From NCBI GenBank assembly GCA_025454155.1, contig JALOOZ010000012.1, positions 1 through 56,518 on the forward strand: DNA of 56,518 bases, read 5' to 3'. Below, in pieces: positions 53,284-56,518 of the stretch (its first letter is position 1; each line of letters begins with the position of its first letter). Source of the stretch: Thermodesulfobacteriota bacterium. GTDB taxonomy: Bacteria > Desulfobacterota > Desulfomonilia > UBA1062. The notes under the pieces were generated by a model, which had not been told where the DNA came from, searched no databases, and saw nothing but the letters and a program-made list of their open reading frames with translations. The position numbers and the translations under genes are program-made.

Positions 53284-54253
53284 GACCTTCCCGGGCATCG
53301 GGTTCGACGGGAACGGGGTGTGCAATTACTGCAGGAACACGCCCATCCCTACCCCGGGAGAGAAGCATGAGCACCTGGTACGTTTCGAGGAGCTGCTGGA
53401 AAGGAAGCGGGGCGGGGGCGGGTTCGACTGCCTTCTGGCCTACAGCGGGGGCAAGGATTCCACCTACACGCTCATGATGCTCACGCAGAAGTACAACCTC
53501 AAGGTCCTGGCCTATACCTTTGACAACGGGTTCATCTCGGAACAGGCCAAGGTGAACATCATCAAGATGACGGACACGCTGGGCGCCACCAGCATCTTCT
53601 TCAGGCCGGCCTTTCCCCTCATGCGCCGGACCTTCGGACTGGCAGCGGAGAAGATGATCTACAGTCCCAAGACACTGGACAGGGCGAGCTCCATCTGCAC
53701 CACCTGCATCGGGATCGTCAAGGCCATGATCCTCAAGACCGCGCTGGCCTACGGCATCCCCCTGGTGGCCTACGGTTGGTCTCCCGGACAGGCCCCCATC
53801 GCGTCGGCCGTGATGCAGACCAACCCGCGGCTCCAGCGCATCTCCCAGCGCACCGTGAGGGACCCGCTCCTGGAGTCGGGCGGGGAGGAACTGAGGCCCT
53901 TCTTCCTGACCGAGCAGGACCTCGCCACGGACCCGGCCAGGTGGCCGGTGAACATACACCCCCTGGCCTTCACCGAATACAACGAGGAAGAGATCCTGAA
54001 GAAGATCGAGGCCATAGGCTGGGTGAAACCCGGAGACACCGACCCGAACTCCACCAACTGCCTGCTGAACGCCCTGGCCAACTACATCCACAGGAAGAGA
54101 TTCTCATTCCACCCCTATGCCTGGGAGATCGCCGGCATCGTCCGCTCCGGCTCCATGGACCGGGGGGAAGGACTGGACAAGGTGTGCCAGGACGAGGACA
54201 TGACCATGGTCCGCTATGCAGCGGATATGCTGGGGATTGCCGTTCCGAAATGA
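53252..54253 (+). CDS. PP-loop ATPase of the N-acetyl-sugar amidotransferase type (WbuX/WbpG-like)
   Basis: 333 aa with an N-terminal Cys ribbon (MMYCTKCVLPETFPGIGFDGNGVCNYC) and a PP-loop (LLAYSGGKDSTYTL). It overlaps the ligase 3' end by 32 nt. The family call is from memory of motif architecture. Confidence 0.55.
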   Translation: MMYCTKCVLPETFPGIGFDGNGVCNYCRNTPIPTPGEKHEHLVRFEELLERKRGGGGFDCLLAYSGGKDSTYTLMMLTQKYNLKVLAYTFDNGFISEQAKVNIIKMTDTLGATSIFFRPAFPLMRRTFGLAAEKMIYSPKTLDRASSICTTCIGIVKAMILKTALAYGIPLVAYGWSPGQAPIASAVMQTNPRLQRISQRTVRDPLLESGGEELRPFFLTEQDLATDPARWPVNIHPLAFTEYNEEEILKKIEAIGWVKPGDTDPNSTNCLLNALANYIHRKRFSFHPYAWEIAGIVRSGSMDRGEGLDKVCQDEDMTMVRYAADMLGIAVPK

Positions 54254-54263
54254 GGGGGTCTCA

Positions 54264-54296
54264 GGCTGAGGTGAGGAAGAACCCCCCACCTCAGCC
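54264..54296 (+). terminator. Hairpin after the amidotransferase gene
   Basis: ggctgaggtg (54264-54273), a 13-nt loop and cacctcagcc (54287-54296). This is a perfect 10-bp stem 10 nt after the stop, but the downstream tract is only weakly T-rich. Confidence 0.4.
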
Positions 54297-54702
54297 GGTT
54301 CCCTGTATTCTTAGTTTATCGAGAGGGGGATACTCCCGTCCCAGGGACAAGATCACAGATCTTTTGAGAGTCGAAGGAATTTTTTCATGATATCGTCTTC
54401 AAGATAAGGCTTGTATGATTCAGGATGGATGAAGCGGGGGAATCGAACAACCTTATCATATAGTCCAGGCCAAGTTCTACAGGCATTACGAAGCAGTTAT
54501 GAGGTAGATAGATAAGCCTAGTAGAGGATTAGGACAAAGATCTCTGGTAGAAGTCCAGACAACAAGATTAATGATTTATCGCCTGACTGTCGAAAAAGTC
54601 CGGGTTGTCATTTAGGGAACATCATAATAAATTTTCTATAAACATCATTATTGTCTTTATTATCAATTGGTTAAGTGCTATTATGCGATTAATATCAAGG
54701 GG

Positions 54703-56468
54703 GTATGATAATCTCACCATCTCCCCCATTTCAGGAAAAAGGAAGGTCTGATGGCACGATACAAGCCGAACGAATTTGCACAGAACCTACTGATGCCGAT
54801 TTCCCTGCAGGAACAGATCATGCCTGGGAGTCTGGAGTATGCGATTCATACGCTGGTGGACGAGCGGATGGACATGAGCCTGTTCGATGAGAAGTACCGC
54901 AATGACGATATGGGTCGCCGAGCATATGACCCCCGGATCCTGCTGAAGGTCGTGCTGCTGGGGTATTCACGGGGACTGATATCATCGAGGAAGATCGAGC
55001 AGGCATGCAGGGAGAACGTGGTGTTCATGGCACTGAGCAGCGGGCAGTACCCTGACCACAGCACGATAGCGACGTTTGTATCATCTATGAAGGGCGAGAT
55101 TCTGCCCTTGTTCCGGGATGTGCTGCTGGTATGCGAGGAGATGGATCTGCTTGGCGGGACGCTCTTTGCACTTGACGGGTGCAAGCTCCCGGGCAACGCA
55201 TCCAAGCAGTGGAGCGGATCGGTAGATGATCTGAAGAGGAAGCATACAAAGCTGGAGGAGAAGGTGAAGGAACTCCTGGCCGAGCAGGAGAATGAGGACC
55301 GGGAGGATGGGGATGACCCCCCTGACCCTGATAACCGGACTCACCGGCAGAAGCAGGTGGAGAAGCTGCGGAAGCAGGCCGACCGGATACAGGCATGGCT
55401 GAAGGAGAACGGTCAGCGGATCGGGATGAGGGGTAAGGAGATCAAGAGCAACATCACGGACAACGATTCCACGAAGATGCAGACCTCCCATGGGACCATC
55501 CAGGGATACAACAGCCAGGCGCTGGTGGATTCCCGGAAACAGGTGATCGTCCATGCGGAGGCGTTTGGAAACGGTCAGGATCACCACCATGTGCCTCCCA
55601 TGCTGGACGGGGCCAAGGACAACATGGAGGGCATTGGTCAATCACCGGATTACTTCAAGGGCAAGACCTTCACAGCGGATAGCAACTATCATAGCAAGGT
55701 GAACATGCAGAAATGTATCGAAGAGGATCTGGATGCCTATATTCCAGACAGGGCATTCCGTACGAGGGACCCACGGTTCGCAGGCCAGGAGCGCTATGGG
55801 CACCAGATGAGGACGCATTACGCATTAGAAGACTTCCATTATGATGAGGAGAAGGACCAGTATATATGCCCCAACGGGAAGAGACTAGCTCTTAAAGAGA
55901 AGTGCCATCGGTCAACGGGCAATCTCTACCGACTATATCGTCCCCAGGATCATGACTGTAGTGATTGTAAGGTAAAGGGGAAATGCATCTATGGGAACGG
56001 TCGTGGTCCCAAAAACCTGATGGTACCCATTGGGCCTGACGGAGTCAACCTCACCAAACTGATGATTGAAAAGATCGAGAGCGAAGAAGGCCGCAAGATC
56101 TATCAGAAGAGGATGTCTATCGTTGAGCCTGTCTTCGCCAACCTCCGCATTCACAAGCGCCTGGACCGATTCACCTTGCGGGGCAGGATCAAGGTGAACA
56201 TTCAGTGGATGCTGTACTGCATGGTTCACAACATCGAGAAGATAGCGAACTATGGCTTTGCCTGAACAAAACTATGTGGGCGAGAGGGAGAAAGATAAGA
56301 GAAGATGAGATAAAAAAGAAGATACCGGCCAGGTGAATCTGAAATCTTCCGGCAACGGAATTGGATCTCGATAAATGCCGGGGCTACCTCAATTCAGAAA
56401 ACATATTTTCAACAGTCTCTTCCATAATCATCGAAAAAGAGGGGCATGGAAAAGTGATGATATCATGC
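54703..56468 (+). mobile_element. Putative IS element (boundaries tentative)
   Basis: Imperfect terminal inverted repeat candidates gtatgataatctcac (54703-54717) and gtgatgatatcatgc (56454-56468), matching at 11/15 positions when reverse-complemented. They would give about 1.77 kb, within the IS1182 size range. No target-site duplication was identified. Confidence 0.3.
54751..56265 (+). CDS. IS1182-family (IS5-like, DUF772 N-domain plus DDE) transposase
   Basis: 504 aa: ...GRRAYDPRILLKVVLLGYSRGLISSRKIEQACRENVVFMALSSGQYPDHSTIATFV... It has a central charged coiled-coil, a DDE region and a C-terminal ...VEPVFANLRIHKRLDRFTLRGRIKVNIQWMLYCMVHNIEKI. GC is lower than in the flanking genes. Confidence 0.8.
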   Translation: MARYKPNEFAQNLLMPISLQEQIMPGSLEYAIHTLVDERMDMSLFDEKYRNDDMGRRAYDPRILLKVVLLGYSRGLISSRKIEQACRENVVFMALSSGQYPDHSTIATFVSSMKGEILPLFRDVLLVCEEMDLLGGTLFALDGCKLPGNASKQWSGSVDDLKRKHTKLEEKVKELLAEQENEDREDGDDPPDPDNRTHRQKQVEKLRKQADRIQAWLKENGQRIGMRGKEIKSNITDNDSTKMQTSHGTIQGYNSQALVDSRKQVIVHAEAFGNGQDHHHVPPMLDGAKDNMEGIGQSPDYFKGKTFTADSNYHSKVNMQKCIEEDLDAYIPDRAFRTRDPRFAGQERYGHQMRTHYALEDFHYDEEKDQYICPNGKRLALKEKCHRSTGNLYRLYRPQDHDCSDCKVKGKCIYGNGRGPKNLMVPIGPDGVNLTKLMIEKIESEEGRKIYQKRMSIVEPVFANLRIHKRLDRFTLRGRIKVNIQWMLYCMVHNIEKIANYGFA

Positions 56469-56518
56469 CAGTTATGACGGGTTGGTATGAAGTGAGAGAC
56501 TTCGTATGTTTCAACACC

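Noticed and set aside
54424-54455. A tRNA-like 3' fragment on the minus strand (GGTTGTTCGATTCCCCCGCTTCATCCA), possibly an integration att remnant.
   Set aside because: The T-stem pairs at only 3 of 5 positions. The CCA is out of register by one nucleotide. No complementary 5' acceptor strand is found within ~80 nt upstream.
1-56518. A search by eye for CRISPR arrays, long tandem repeats, rRNA and tRNA genes.
   Set aside because: No regularly spaced direct repeats, no rRNA-like conserved stretches and no convincing cloverleaf candidates were seen in the intergenic regions. Only codon-level low complexity was found, for example the Ala run near 33110-33140. An automated scan (tRNAscan-SE, Infernal, a CRISPR finder) would be needed for certainty.

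Overview
This is a 56.5 kb chromosomal segment at roughly 60% GC, densely packed with mostly housekeeping genes from a Gram-negative anaerobe. The gene content looks Desulfobacterota/deltaproteobacterium-like (LptFG, TonB receptor, OmpA lipoproteins, anaerobic NrdDG, ADP-forming acyl-CoA synthetase, PPDK, CoA-transferase), but the taxon is inference only.

Main blocks, in order:
- (1) A partial PAS/GAF sensor, an MBL hydrolase, and an ADP-forming acyl-CoA synthetase followed by a small duplicated 4-Cys protein.
- (2) An eight-gene minus-strand operon, mostly linked by ATGA overlaps or abutting stop/start codons: aroC, an aroK-aroB fusion, a TPR gene, aroQ, pepP, efp, accB and a BPL/LplA-family ligase.
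- (3) A BtuB-like TonB-dependent receptor behind a clear cobalamin riboswitch. It is divergent from a type I-beta DAHP synthase (aroF).
- (4) moaC, an OmpA lipoprotein, tmk and a frame-disrupted ppdK.
- (5) lptF and lptG, an OmpA-like lipoprotein and an FN3 protein.
- (6) A MoxR-DUF58-transglutaminase operon.
- (7) Two tandem hybrid PAS histidine kinases, then nrdG, a REC-only gene and nrdD with tandem NrdR boxes.
- (8) Acyl-CoA metabolism genes and a DUF3473-type polysaccharide deacetylase.
- (9) A long minus-strand envelope cluster: nadE-like, OmpR-type RR, HK, GT2, TVP38/DedA, methyltransferase, CxxCH haem-binding protein and an ArnT-like GT39.
- (10) An ACP, AMP-ligase and PP-loop amidotransferase trio that ends at an AT-rich patch carrying an IS1182-like transposase.

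The most interesting observation is in the aroF 5' leader. It contains an unlisted 24-codon ORF with six consecutive aromatic codons (YYFWFY), followed by an intrinsic-terminator hairpin. This is a candidate ribosome-mediated attenuator that senses Tyr, Phe and Trp at the first common step of the shikimate pathway.

I recognised no CRISPR array, rRNA or tRNA. The many long ORFs antisense to real genes are high-GC shadow ORFs.
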